Part shown: positions 9,628 to 19,634 of the stretch, piece after piece
Layout: each line of letters starts with the position of its first letter
Position numbering within the stretch: the stretch's first letter is position 1
Source: Verrucomicrobiota bacterium
GTDB taxonomy: Bacteria > Verrucomicrobiota > Kiritimatiellia > Kiritimatiellales > JBHORO01
Direction: 5' to 3'
Assembly (NCBI GenBank): GCA_042566005.1
Contig: JBHORO010000002.1
Coordinates: 5,287 to 69,286, forward strand
DNA: 64,000 bases
Translations under genes and position numbers: made by a program
The notes under the pieces: model-generated
Seen by the model: only the letters and a program-made list of their open reading frames with translations
What the model was told of the DNA's origin: nothing
Database searches by the model: none

Positions 9628-10905
9628 ATGAAAACAGATAAATTGATCAAAAACGGACGTATCATCGACCCGGCCACCGGGCGCGATGAAATTACAGACC
9701 TTTTCATCTCTAACGGTAAAATCGCAGCGGTTCCGGCAGAAATTCCGGCCGCCGCGGAAATCATCGATGCCAGCGGCAAAATTGTTTGCCCGGGTTTTAT
9801 TGATGTACACGTGCATTTGCGCGAACCGGGCGGTGAGGCTCAGGAAACCATCGAAAGCGGCAGCCGCGCCTGCGCCAAAGGCGGATTCACAGCTATTGTT
9901 TCCATGCCGAACACCACCCCGGTTACCGACACCCCGGAAGTTGTTAAACTGATCAAACAAAAGGGTGACGAAGCCGGCTACATTAAAATCCTGCCTTCCG
10001 CCTCCTTCACTAAAGGCCGCGCAGGCGAAGAGCTGACCGATTTGAAAGCACTAAAAGAGGCGGGAACGGTGGTCTACACAGACGACGGTTCCACGACGCC
10101 GGAAACACTCGTGATGGAAGCGGCAATGAAAGAGGCGGCTGCGCTCGGCATGAAAATTATGGACCACGCCCAGGATCCGCATGCGGAGAAAAAAGGGTGC
10201 ATGCACGAAGGCGAATACAGCGAAAAATTCAACCTGCCGGGCATTTCCTGGATGGCTGAATATGCAATGGTACAGCGCGACATCAACCTTTCAAAAATGA
10301 CCGGTTGCCCGGTGCACATCCAGCACATCACCTCCGGTAAAGCGATCAACCTGATCCGCGAATCGCAGAAAAACGGTATAAAAGTGACCTGCGAAGTCAC
10401 CCCGCATCACATTGCGTTGTGCGACGCCGATATCGATCCGGAAAACGCCAACTTCAAAATGAACCCGCCATTGCGTTCCGCTTGGGATAAAGAGCAGTTG
10501 ATTGCCGGCGTTCTGGACGGAACCGCGTCTATGTTCGCCACCGATCACGCGCCGCACCTGACGGAGAAAAAAGCGCTCGGTTTTGAAAAAGGGCCTTTCG
10601 GAATCATCGGTGCGGAAACGGCTATTGGTGTGACTTACACCGAGCTGGTGGCGACCGGAAAAATGGATCTGATGACCTGGGTGAAGCGCTGGACCGTCGG
10701 CCCGGCCGAATTCATCGATATGGAAACTCCATCACTGGAACCGGGCAAGGCCGCGGATGTGGTCATTATTGATACCGAAAACGATTGGACGGTTACAGAA
10801 GAGGACACCGTTTCTAAGGGCAAAAACACACCATTCCTTGGCCAGAAACTCAAAGGCCGCGCAGTTCAGACGATCTGTAACGGCAAAACGACGTGGGCGG
10901 AATAA
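9628..10905 (+). CDS. pyrC: dihydroorotase
   Basis: Metal-binding DVHVHLREPG and FATDHAPH motifs; 425 aa amidohydrolase. Confidence 0.9.
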   Translation: MKTDKLIKNGRIIDPATGRDEITDLFISNGKIAAVPAEIPAAAEIIDASGKIVCPGFIDVHVHLREPGGEAQETIESGSRACAKGGFTAIVSMPNTTPVTDTPEVVKLIKQKGDEAGYIKILPSASFTKGRAGEELTDLKALKEAGTVVYTDDGSTTPETLVMEAAMKEAAALGMKIMDHAQDPHAEKKGCMHEGEYSEKFNLPGISWMAEYAMVQRDINLSKMTGCPVHIQHITSGKAINLIRESQKNGIKVTCEVTPHHIALCDADIDPENANFKMNPPLRSAWDKEQLIAGVLDGTASMFATDHAPHLTEKKALGFEKGPFGIIGAETAIGVTYTELVATGKMDLMTWVKRWTVGPAEFIDMETPSLEPGKAADVVIIDTENDWTVTEEDTVSKGKNTPFLGQKLKGRAVQTICNGKTTWAE

Positions 10906-10922
10906 CCACGGGATAGGTTTTT

Positions 10923-10969
10923 AATGGAGCGTTTTGCTTTGTCTTTCCGACTAAGTGAAACGCTCCATT
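10923..10969. terminator. bidirectional terminator between pyrC and the glycosyltransferase gene
   Basis: 12-bp stem aatggagcgttt / aaacgctccatt, flanked by T-rich tracts on both strands. Confidence 0.7.
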
Positions 10970-10973
10970 CCTT

Positions 10974-12173
10974 TTATTGCGCGACGGTTTCTTCGAGAAT
11001 ACGTTCGAAATATGCCATCGTCTTTTCAGAGGGGAAGCGGGTTTCAATAATTTGCCTCGCCTTATGAGCCATATTCTCTCGCAGCTCTTCATCGCTCAGC
11101 AACCACTCGATACACTCAACCATCAACTCAGGCGTATCTGCCACAAAGCAGTTGTTCCCGTTTTCCGCCGGCAGACCGTGCATCCCCAGAGACGTTGAAA
11201 CCACCGGCAAACCGGAAACCATCGCCTCCAAACATTTGGTCCGCGATCCCGCCCCCAAACGAACCGGACAGACAAATACCTGGGCCATTTTGCGGTACGG
11301 ACGCAAGTCATCCACGCGGCCGGTTACCTTAATACGCTCATCATGACGGGCCATACGGCGCAGTCTTTCCGGGGGTGCTTCACCGACAATATAAAACTGA
11401 AGTATCGGGTTTTTGCGGCGCAGTTCCGGCCAAATACGGGTTATGAACCACTCAGCAGCATCTTCGTTGGCGACATCGCCAAAGAATCCGGTCATCAGAA
11501 TAATCTGTTCCCTGGAGATATCCTGCCCAGCATCCAACGGCTCAACATCCACACCAGCCGGAACAATGGAAATATTCAAGTCGGGGGAATATTTAAGCAG
11601 GTCGTATTTATCCTCTGAGGTCAACGTCAACAGGCGGTCTGCGCAACTGTAAACCTCAAATTCATACTGAGAAATGGTCTGGGTTTGGATCCAGCTTTTA
11701 AAGCGCAACCCCATTGAAAGCTCTTTGGTGTGCACATAGTTATCAAAGATGGAAGTCAGGCAGCGGTGACAGGAGATGATTTTATGAACCGCCGGCAGGT
11801 AGGGGTTCCGATACAGGTACTGACCCATCTCGGAAAACTCGGCGATGACCAGATCGTATTTATGCCGCTCCACCATCTCACCGACATAACGCATCATACG
11901 CCGCGAATAGTGGTGCAGAAAAATAGCCGGAATAGCATTGAAATAGTTAGCAACACGCCGATACCGGTGCCGGGATGGCGCCTGCAGGGTCTGCATCTCA
12001 AAGAGTATCTCCTTCAGAGACTGAACAAACGGGCGCTCATCTTTACTGACCAAAGTAGCCAAGCCGACTTCATGCCCGCGATCTACCAAGTACTTGATTC
12101 GCTCATAAACCAGGCGGTGCCCCCCAGCCACTTCGGAGTGCGGCAATCGATGAGATAGAAACAGAATTCTCAT
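10974..12173 (-). CDS. glycosyltransferase, GT-B fold (GT1/GT4-like)
   Basis: MRILFLSHRLPHSEVAGGH N-terminus and a C-terminal nucleotide-sugar-binding block (GEAP...VFVCPVRLGAGSRTKCLEAMVSGLPVVST). Confidence 0.8.
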   Translation of the reverse strand: MRILFLSHRLPHSEVAGGHRLVYERIKYLVDRGHEVGLATLVSKDERPFVQSLKEILFEMQTLQAPSRHRYRRVANYFNAIPAIFLHHYSRRMMRYVGEMVERHKYDLVIAEFSEMGQYLYRNPYLPAVHKIISCHRCLTSIFDNYVHTKELSMGLRFKSWIQTQTISQYEFEVYSCADRLLTLTSEDKYDLLKYSPDLNISIVPAGVDVEPLDAGQDISREQIILMTGFFGDVANEDAAEWFITRIWPELRRKNPILQFYIVGEAPPERLRRMARHDERIKVTGRVDDLRPYRKMAQVFVCPVRLGAGSRTKCLEAMVSGLPVVSTSLGMHGLPAENGNNCFVADTPELMVECIEWLLSDEELRENMAHKARQIIETRFPSEKTMAYFERILEETVAQ

Positions 12174-12422
12174 TTAAGAACCTTTTTTGGTGACCTCTTT
12201 GATGATTTCCTGCAGTTCCTCAACAGAAATATCCTCAAGAGTGAGCCCTTGCTCCTCAATCCGCTTTTCGATCTTCTCACAGAGCTCAGTCAAATACTCA
12301 TGGGTCTCTTCACTTCCCATAAAAATATTATAATCAGCGCCTTGCGTAATCCGAGTGTGGCCGTCTTTCGTGTCCTGGCCCACGCCTAAAATGCGGATAA
12401 TTTTTTTCTTATTCTGCTTCAT
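12174..12422 (-). CDS. hypothetical small acidic protein (82 aa)
   Basis: ORF abuts the glycosyltransferase start with no gap between the stop and the next ATG. No recognisable family. Confidence 0.4.
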   Translation of the reverse strand: MKQNKKKIIRILGVGQDTKDGHTRITQGADYNIFMGSEETHEYLTELCEKIEKRIEEQGLTLEDISVEELQEIIKEVTKKGS

Positions 12423-12496
12423 AAAAAGGAAGGCTGAAATTTTTTCATTTCAGCCCTTGCATTTAAAACGAAAACCCGTATCTTCACCCACCTACC

Positions 12497-12570
12497 TGCC
12501 CCATGGTGTAATGGTAGCACGACTGATTCTGGTTCAGTTCGTCAAGGTTCGAGTCCTTGTGGGGCAACCA
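12497..12570 (+). tRNA. tRNA-Gln (anticodon CTG)
   Basis: Acceptor tgcccca/tggggca; anticodon arm actga-ttCTGgt-tcagt; T-arm caagg-ttcgagt-ccttg; encoded CCA. Confidence 0.9.
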
Positions 12571-12595
12571 CTTCCTTTCTTTCTTTTTTCTGCAT

Positions 12596-13693
12596 TTACG
12601 CCACACGAATCGGCATAATCACGTACAAGAAAGGAACGTTCGATTTAATCACTCCCGGACTCAATTCGTCCGTCAGCTCGAAGTAAACCTCATCGCTTTC
12701 CAGGTGTTTCAACGGATCCATTACGAACACCGGGTTAAACGCAATAGTGATCTCCGGGCCGTCATACTTGATCGGCAGCGTTTCACGCGCTTCACCCACC
12801 TCAGGCGTATTCGTTACCAGCTCCAGCTGATTTTCGCCGAAGGAGAGCTTCACAGACGATGTCTGAGCGTCAGAAAGCAGTGATACACGTTTCAGCGCCG
12901 TCAGCAGCACATCACGGTCAATAGCCACACGCTGCTCGCTGTGCGCCGGAATCACCTGGCGGAAGTTCGGATACGTACCTTCAATCAATTTTGAGATAAT
13001 CAGGATGTTGGAGAATTCGAAGGAGACCTGCGTTTCAGTGGAACTGATTTTCAGCTCGTTCTCTTCACCCAACGTTTTGATCAACTCATTTACCGTTTTA
13101 GTCGGGATCACGAAGTTGGATTCTGCCGCAACCGGGAAGTTCACTTCCTGCTCAATCAAAGCCAAACGGCGACCATCCGTTGAAACGATCGTCAGGTGAC
13201 CTTCTTTGAAGGAGAGCAGAGAACCATTCAGAATGTAGCGAGATTCGTCCGTAGAGGCCGCGTAGCTCGTTTTCTGGAGCATCTCCTTAAAGACACTCTG
13301 ATCGAGCGTATAAGCCGCTGTAGAGTCAAATACGGGCAATGGCGGGAAATCCTCTTCCGGAAGACCTACCAATTTAAAGAACGCCGCTCCTGAGCTGATC
13401 GATGCCACGTTGTTAACGTCCACATCAATTTCAATCTGCGGATTCGGCATTTCACGACAAATGCTGAACAGACGACGTGCCGGCAGGGTCGTTGCACCCG
13501 CTTCAGTGATATCTGCTTCAACCGAAGTTTTAACACTGACTTCCAAATCGGTAGTCATCAGGGAAAGTGTATCACCCTCTGCTTGTATAAGCACATTAGA
13601 TAAAATCGGTAGAGTGGTCCGCTGACCGACAATGGACTGAACTTTTTGTAACGCTTCAAGGATAACTGCTTTTTCTACCAGTAACTTCATCAA
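12596..13693 (-). CDS. dnaN: DNA polymerase III beta sliding clamp
   Basis: 365 aa with three-domain clamp pattern; N-terminus MKLLVEKAVILEALQKVQSIVGQRTTLPILSNVLI; located downstream of dnaA. Confidence 0.95.
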   Translation of the reverse strand: MMKLLVEKAVILEALQKVQSIVGQRTTLPILSNVLIQAEGDTLSLMTTDLEVSVKTSVEADITEAGATTLPARRLFSICREMPNPQIEIDVDVNNVASISSGAAFFKLVGLPEEDFPPLPVFDSTAAYTLDQSVFKEMLQKTSYAASTDESRYILNGSLLSFKEGHLTIVSTDGRRLALIEQEVNFPVAAESNFVIPTKTVNELIKTLGEENELKISSTETQVSFEFSNILIISKLIEGTYPNFRQVIPAHSEQRVAIDRDVLLTALKRVSLLSDAQTSSVKLSFGENQLELVTNTPEVGEARETLPIKYDGPEITIAFNPVFVMDPLKHLESDEVYFELTDELSPGVIKSNVPFLYVIMPIRVA

Positions 13694-13696
13694 TGC

Positions 13697-13942
13697 TCCT
13701 CCACATAATTAACAAGACGTACTACTAAGAATGAATTAGTTAGTTAAAATACTCTTATTATTATAGGCTGTAAATAACACAATTAAACAGGGTTTTATCA
13801 GCATAATACCCTCGCTTTGAGTGTGTTATAAATGTGGATAACCCTGTTAATTGTCACAGGATAACCCGTGGACAATCTGAATAACTCCCACTTGTTAAAA
13901 ACCTCATCATTTCATTAACAATTCATTCACCAGTTATTCACA
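13697..13942. promoter_or_regulatory. candidate oriC core: DnaA-box cluster plus an AT-rich stretch in the dnaA-dnaN spacer
   Basis: Perfect DnaA box TGTGGATAA (13833-13841, complement of TTATCCACA). TTATTCACA (13934-13942) has 1 mismatch. Two-mismatch boxes lie at 13697-13705, 13795-13803 and 13867-13875. The tract at about 13705-13800 is strongly AT-rich. Confidence 0.55.
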
Positions 13943-14221
13943 GCTTCCGTTAATAAATTGTTACGCCGTTGTGCCCCGTTTTTTGTTCGTGGCGTCTCCG
14001 TGAGCGGTATTGGTTAAACCTGAAATGTGGAGGGAGAAACGCCCGTCTGCACATCTCCCGTTTACAGATTGTTCCCGGTTCGGCCGGCCTTCGCAGAGCT
14101 TTGGCGTGAAGACTTCTCGATATGATTAGTGCGCTCTTGTATCTATTTGCGCTCGACTGATTTTGAGCTGAATACCGCGGCTTAAACCGTAATGGCGACG
14201 GAACATCGAGCTTCCGGACAA

Positions 14222-14247
14222 TAAAAAAGACCCGCATATAGCGGGCC
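14222..14247 (-). terminator. rho-independent terminator of dnaA
   Basis: The minus strand reads gcccgc-tatat-gcgggtc followed by tttttt, about 25 nt after the dnaA stop. Confidence 0.75.
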
Positions 14248-14270
14248 TCTGAATTCAACGATGTGCACTT

Positions 14271-15647
14271 TTATTGTGCAGGCAGCTTCTTGTCGATCTT
14301 CTGCTTAAGCACACCGATCGTCTGGCGCAGTGAATCGTCGGCCTCTATTTTGCCGCTTACGCTGTTGTAGGCGTGCAACACTGTTGCGTGGTTGCGTCCA
14401 CCGAAGGACTCCCCGATTACCGGCAGCGAGTGCTCGGTCATGCTGCGGGTGAGATACATCGCAATCTGGCGCGGCCAGGCGATATTCTTCGGACGCTTTT
14501 TGCTGAGGATGTCAGCGACGCCGATGCTGAAGTGATCTGCGACGATACGCTGGATTGATTCGACAGTAACCTCCATCGCCTGTTCCTGATCGAGTGTGTC
14601 CTTCAGCAGGTGCTCGATGCCCGTGCGGTCAATTTCGCGGCCCATCAGGGATACGTAGGATGCCACGCGGATCAGGGCGCCTTCCAGACGACGGATGTTG
14701 GCAGAGATACGTTCAGCCAGGAATACCATCAGTTCGTCCGGCAACTTCAGATTCATGTCTTCCGCTTTTTGGCGGATAATCGCAATACGCGTCTCGATAT
14801 CCGGAATCTGTAGCTCGGTGACCAGTCCCCACTCGAAGCGGGAGATCAGGCGTTCCTGAAGCTGTGAAAGCTCACTCGCCGGACGGTCGCATGTCAGAAT
14901 GATCTGCTTGTGGTTATTGTGCAGTGCGTTAAAGGTGTGGAAGAACTCCTCCTGCATCTGCTGTTTACCGATCAGAAAGTGAACGTCGTCCAGCAACAGC
15001 ACGTCCACATTGCGGTATTTGTTACGGAACTTAGTGAGTGTCCGTTTCTGCAGTGCGTCGATGTATTCATTAATGAATGTTTCACAGGACAGGTAGCGCA
15101 CCTTTTTGCTGCTGTTGCTGGAAACCACATGGTTACCGATCGCCTGCATCAGGTGGGTTTTACCCAGACCGGTGCTTCCGTAGATAAAGAGCGGGTTGTA
15201 CGCCTTGGACGGCGATTGCGCTACCGCCATCGCGGCTGCATGCGAAAAGCTGTTGGACGGACCGATAATGAAATCGTTGAAGGTATAGGATTCTTTGAGG
15301 TTGCTGTTATTCGCGTTTTTAGTGACCTCTTTTTTGGCCTTCGTTTTGCGCGGCGCTTTTTCCGGTTTCGGCTCCTGGCTGTCGGGCGCGTCGACGGAAA
15401 GAGTGATATCGTAAGTCTCACCGGAAACGGTGGTCAGTGCATTACGGATCAACGGAATGTAATTTTCCTCGAGCCAAGACATGTAGAAATCGTTTTCGAC
15501 GCTCAGATAGAACGTGTTTCCCTCAAAAGATTTGAAGCTGATTACTGCAATCCAGCGTTCATAAATATCCTTAGAGAGGATGTCGTGCAGGCGTTTACAG
15601 GTGTCCTGCCAGAGTTTAGTTGCTTGTTTTTTATCCATTAGTCCCAA
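14271..15647 (-). CDS. dnaA: chromosomal replication initiator DnaA
   Basis: AAA+ Walker [16 protein letters not shown], box VII/sensor motifs, and the C-terminal DNA-binding domain with ...[12 protein letters not shown]. Confidence 0.97.
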   Translation of the reverse strand: MGLMDKKQATKLWQDTCKRLHDILSKDIYERWIAVISFKSFEGNTFYLSVENDFYMSWLEENYIPLIRNALTTVSGETYDITLSVDAPDSQEPKPEKAPRKTKAKKEVTKNANNSNLKESYTFNDFIIGPSNSFSHAAAMAVAQSPSKAYNPLFIYGSTGLGKTHLMQAIGNHVVSSNSSKKVRYLSCETFINEYIDALQKRTLTKFRNKYRNVDVLLLDDVHFLIGKQQMQEEFFHTFNALHNNHKQIILTCDRPASELSQLQERLISRFEWGLVTELQIPDIETRIAIIRQKAEDMNLKLPDELMVFLAERISANIRRLEGALIRVASYVSLMGREIDRTGIEHLLKDTLDQEQAMEVTVESIQRIVADHFSIGVADILSKKRPKNIAWPRQIAMYLTRSMTEHSLPVIGESFGGRNHATVLHAYNSVSGKIEADDSLRQTIGVLKQKIDKKLPAQ

Positions 15648-15900
15648 AGCCGATTCAAAAAAAAAAGTTATTAACAGGTTGTTAACAATGCTTGCAGTTT
15701 GTTCGCCGCTCGCAGAGACGGTTTCTAGAGCATCGTCCGGACGCCCTCAAGATATTTTTAGGCTCTGGAAAGAGAAAAATCTAAAAGCACAAGATGTGGT
15801 TTTTAAGGTGATCAAAAGCACAATATATGATTGAAAAAAGGGGCCTATTAAATGAAGGTTTCTACTTGATTTGTGCGCTGTAATAATCATTGCACCTGCA

Positions 15901-17055
15901 ATGCAAAAAATGAAGGAAGCGGGTATGACTGATCGTTCGTTAACAGGGAATATTTTACTTTACGGGGACGATTATTCGCTTCCAGAAATACGCTGGATTA
16001 CGGGATTTTACGTAACCGATCCGACGTTATTGCTTGTCAATAAAGGGGATCTGCATCTGATCGTTTCGCCGCTCGAAAAGGGACGCGCGCTCAAAGAGTC
16101 ACGTAACGCAAAGGTGTGGACGCTCGAGGAATTAGGGATCGAAAAAGAAAACTGCCGCGCGTTGGCAGAATGGTTGCCGGCCGTGATGAAAAAATTCCGG
16201 ATCCGTTCCATCGATGCACCTTTCAATACGCCCTTTGGAGTGACTGAAATTCTTCGCGCGGCTGACATTAAGGTGAAGCTCGTTAAAGGTGCGTTCTGCC
16301 CGGAACGGGAAATGAAAACCGAGACTGAATTTAAGGCGATCCAAAAGTCGCAGCGCGCGACGGCTAAAGCGATGAAATGCGCCTTCTCTATAATAGAGAA
16401 GAGTACTATCGATGAAAAAGGACGGCTGATGCTCGATGGAAAGCCGCTTACTTCCGAACGTGTGCGCGCGGCGATTAATCATCAGCTGCTCGACGAAGGT
16501 TGCGTCGGTAAAGATACGATTGTGGCCGGTGGCCGCCAGGCGGCTGATCCGCATAACCGCGGCAGCGGCGTGCTCAAAGCGGGCGAGGCGATCGTGATCG
16601 ACATTTTTCCGCGCGACGAAAAGAGCGGTTATTTCGGCGATATGACTCGTACGGTCTGTAAAGGAGAGCCGTCCGCCGAGCTGCTCTCCTTATATAACGC
16701 GGTTTTGAAAGCCCAGAAGGCCGCGCTTCAAGCGGTGAAGGCCGGCGTGACCGGCGATGCGGTTCATAAGACGGCACAGCGCGTGTTTGACGAGCTGGGT
16801 TACAAAACCGATTTGAGCAAACCGGAGCCGGAGGGCTTCATCCATGGCACCGGGCATGGTGTAGGGCTGGAAGTTCACGAAGCCCCGCGTGTCAGCTTGA
16901 AAGCGCCAAAACTGAAGGCGGGCAACATCATCACCATTGAGCCGGGACTCTATTACCCGGAATTGGGAGGCGTGCGGATCGAAGATACAGTTTATGTGAC
17001 CGAGGACGGCTTCAGATTCACGGCCACCTGTCCGAAGAAGTTTGTAATTCTCTAA
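15901..17055 (+). CDS. M24-family Xaa-Pro aminopeptidase
   Basis: Pita-bread metal ligands (DIFPRD...GYFGDMTRT, HGTGHGVGLEVHE, EPGLY...GGVRIED). The ATG at 15901 is preferred over the non-ATG start at 15871. Confidence 0.85.
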   Translation: MQKMKEAGMTDRSLTGNILLYGDDYSLPEIRWITGFYVTDPTLLLVNKGDLHLIVSPLEKGRALKESRNAKVWTLEELGIEKENCRALAEWLPAVMKKFRIRSIDAPFNTPFGVTEILRAADIKVKLVKGAFCPEREMKTETEFKAIQKSQRATAKAMKCAFSIIEKSTIDEKGRLMLDGKPLTSERVRAAINHQLLDEGCVGKDTIVAGGRQAADPHNRGSGVLKAGEAIVIDIFPRDEKSGYFGDMTRTVCKGEPSAELLSLYNAVLKAQKAALQAVKAGVTGDAVHKTAQRVFDELGYKTDLSKPEPEGFIHGTGHGVGLEVHEAPRVSLKAPKLKAGNIITIEPGLYYPELGGVRIEDTVYVTEDGFRFTATCPKKFVIL

Positions 17056-17110
17056 GTTGCGGCCTGAAAAGAGAGGTGCTACAATTGCGAGCAGGTAATA
17101 AGGGTGTTAT

Positions 17111-17482
17111 ATGAAACGTATTTTGGTGATAGACGACGAGCCCGAGATTCGGGAACTACTGAAAGATAAGCTTGAGCGTAGTGGCTACGAAGTCGCAATC
17201 GCTTCAAATGGGAGTGAGGGTGTTAAGATCTTCCGCAAGAATCCGGCCGATCTGATTGTTACCGATATCATCATGCCGGAGAAAGAGGGGGTCGAAGTCA
17301 TTCAGGAAATGCAGAGTGAATACCCGAATGTAAAAATCATCGCCATATCCGGCGGCGGGCAGCACACCTCGATGCAGTTCTGTTTGAAGCTCGCAAAATC
17401 ACTCGGTGCTGTGCACACCTTCACTAAACCATTCAGACTGGCTGATATCGTGGAGGTTATCCGCAACGAGATCGGCGAGTAA
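17111..17482 (+). CDS. stand-alone response regulator receiver protein (CheY-like)
   Basis: MKRILVIDDEPEIRELL..., phospho-acceptor context LIVTDIIMPEKEG, conserved K in FTKPF; no output domain. Confidence 0.9.
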   Translation: MKRILVIDDEPEIRELLKDKLERSGYEVAIASNGSEGVKIFRKNPADLIVTDIIMPEKEGVEVIQEMQSEYPNVKIIAISGGGQHTSMQFCLKLAKSLGAVHTFTKPFRLADIVEVIRNEIGE

Positions 17483-17512
17483 AAGTTAGCCGTCAGCGGT
17501 TGGTTAAAATAA

Positions 17513-17549
17513 AAATCCGTTACCAGGGATTCCCGGCAACGGATTTTTC
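17513..17549 (+). terminator. rho-independent terminator after the receiver gene
   Basis: aaatccgttaccaggg / cccggcaacggattt imperfect stem followed by a T-run. Confidence 0.7.
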
Positions 17550-17631
17550 GTTTTCCGCGCTAAGCCGTCAGGGCGCGGAGATATTTTAGAAGATCTGTGA
17601 TGAGAGGCGGAGCGTTTCCTTGTTCGATTGG

Positions 17632-17904
17632 TTATAAGTCAATATCCGGCCAAATTCTTTGGATGTTCTGTGCAACGGAAGAAAAAGCCTCTTTGGTTGC
17701 ATCGTCCATCCGGTCCCAGTAAGACCGCTTGGTTTTCTGCATTTCCATTCCGAATGCGCCAAGGAACTCGGAGTTCGTGGTCCAGGTAACCTCTCTGAAA
17801 AGGAAGTCCAGCTTCCGGGCAGCGGTTGCCAGGCCATCTTCTTTCAGGCAATCAATGAGATGTGAAAACGGGTTATGAGGCTTATTTTTTTCCATGTTAT
17901 TCAT
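17632..17904 (-). CDS. hypothetical protein (90 aa)
   Basis: ORF only; last gene of the minus-strand block 17632-20024; no recognisable motif. Confidence 0.4.
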   Translation of the reverse strand: MNNMEKNKPHNPFSHLIDCLKEDGLATAARKLDFLFREVTWTTNSEFLGAFGMEMQKTKRSYWDRMDDATKEAFSSVAQNIQRIWPDIDL

Positions 17905-18084
17905 TCTGTCGGGCGTTATCGTTTCAACTAATGCTGTGGCATATCAAGATACCCATATGGGAACCGACCTTAAGTGTTATTGCCAGCTTTCAGCGCCGCG
18001 CCTGCCAGTGATTCACGCATCTCAATGTAACTTCCTGACACTACTGACGGCGGGGTTCGGGCGGGCTCAGGCGATTGGTCCGGG

Positions 18085-18363
18085 TTAAGTTTTCTTTCTG
18101 GAAACCTTTCGTTTGTTTTTGTCCCAAAAACTCAAACCTTCTTCAAAGCAAGTACCTTCCAGATCCTCGGCCTTCATCAAAAAGAACTCTTTCGCATCTT
18201 TTACGCCTTTATTGTAGGCGAAAGGAGCGAGCTCCTTGAAAAAATAGTCCAATAGAAAGTCCGCCTGCATTTCGCTGATGTCGACCTCTAGTTCCTCGCC
18301 TAAATAACGTTGGATAGAGCAGACAGCATCTCTTTTTTCTTCGTGTGATAGATTAATTGGCAC
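18085..18363 (-). CDS. DUF2164-like small protein
   Basis: The pattern ...IQRYLGEELEVDISEMQADFLLDYFFKELAPFAYNKGVKDA resembles the DUF2164 family as I recall it. Confidence 0.55.
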   Translation of the reverse strand: MPINLSHEEKRDAVCSIQRYLGEELEVDISEMQADFLLDYFFKELAPFAYNKGVKDAKEFFLMKAEDLEGTCFEEGLSFWDKNKRKVSRKKT

Positions 18364-18465
18364 AGCATCAGTCCTTTCTCTCGGATTGTTCGATTAATGC
18401 ATAATTAAATATGCCAAGAAGAGTAATCATGCCAGCTATAAGGCAGGTCTTATGGATATGCTTCT

Positions 18466-19596
18466 TCATAGAAGAGGGAGAGATATAAAGAAGGTCGTTC
18501 CTTCGGTTTCAGAAGTCGAGAACCATACTTTTCCCTTCAGGTACCGCTCCCCGAAAAGCTTCATGCTATACGTTCCAATTCCCCGACCTTTTCCCTTTGT
18601 GGAGAATGACCTTTTAAAGAGCTGAGTTTGTGTGGAGCGCGGCATGAAACCGGGGTTGTGGACACCGAAGACTCCGGATGAGTCATCTCGAAAATAGCTG
18701 ATTGAAATAGCCTCGCCCTGCGAGGACGCTTCTACCGCGTTTTTCACCATGTTGAACAAAACGCGATGCAAGAGCGTACGATCCGTTGAGATGACAAAGT
18801 CATGACACTGCTCACCTTGAAGAATGCGTCTGTCGCGCCACATATTGGTCGACATGCGGATAAGCTCTTCGACTAACGTCATAGAACTGACGCGGTTCTC
18901 AATTTGCAGCGCCAGTTCTCCATCTTCTGCTTGCAGGAGCTTCTTTTGGATCGTGATTTGCGCGATAAGCTCTTTGCTTGCCTCCTTGATCATGTCGATG
19001 GATTTGCCGGTGTCGTCTGGGAGGATTGAAGTCTCAAGGATTTCGGAAAAACCTACGATCGTCATGAGAATGTTGTTCACATCGTGAAAGAAGGTTTGTT
19101 CAAGGGCATGCCGTCGTTTGCGGTCGCTAATGTCCAGAAGACTTAAGATTGTGAATTTCCTGTTTTCAAGTGTGTATGGTGATGCCCGCACTGTGAATTC
19201 ATAGGATTTACCATTGGCTGTAAGGATTCTGCACTCATTTAAAACAGTGGTTCCTGTATCCTGGGACTGAAAGATGGCCTGCCTGACACCGCACCAACGG
19301 CACGATTCGTTTGTTCCGCACCCGCCCGGCGATTGGCTGGCATGGATGCAATTGACCATCTCGCCATGTCGTGTGCCTAGTATTTCTGCGCCAGAGGGAA
19401 GGCTTAGCGAGTCGCGCGCCTTCTTGTTCTCAAACACGATCTGACGTTCCTTGTTCAGAATAAGCAGAATGCACGGGATAGCCTCTGTCAAATGAACGAG
19501 TAGTGCGGACTGCATAAGAAGTTTAGCATCCCGCGAAACGCTTTCTGAATCGGCCCTTTCATCGGGGGCGAACATGGATTCCTGTAGATTGCTCAT
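18466..19596 (-). CDS. cytoplasmic sensor histidine kinase with a four-cysteine N-terminal sensor module
   Basis: H-box FFHDVNNILMTIVGFSEIL; HATPase N and G boxes (FNMVKNAVEA, GKGRGIGTYSMKL); no TM helix. C-x9-C-x5-C-x2-C at residues 83-102. Confidence 0.85.
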   Translation of the reverse strand: MSNLQESMFAPDERADSESVSRDAKLLMQSALLVHLTEAIPCILLILNKERQIVFENKKARDSLSLPSGAEILGTRHGEMVNCIHASQSPGGCGTNESCRWCGVRQAIFQSQDTGTTVLNECRILTANGKSYEFTVRASPYTLENRKFTILSLLDISDRKRRHALEQTFFHDVNNILMTIVGFSEILETSILPDDTGKSIDMIKEASKELIAQITIQKKLLQAEDGELALQIENRVSSMTLVEELIRMSTNMWRDRRILQGEQCHDFVISTDRTLLHRVLFNMVKNAVEASSQGEAISISYFRDDSSGVFGVHNPGFMPRSTQTQLFKRSFSTKGKGRGIGTYSMKLFGERYLKGKVWFSTSETEGTTFFISLPLL

Positions 19597-19634
19597 CTGT
19601 TTCTCCTTTCGCCCGACGTGTGATCAGATTCCGA

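Noticed and set aside
13950-14258. 102-aa minus-strand ORF in the dnaA-dnaN spacer.
   Set aside because: The translation is Arg-rich and low in complexity. The ORF overlaps the dnaA terminator hairpin and has no SD. It is treated as non-coding origin-region sequence.
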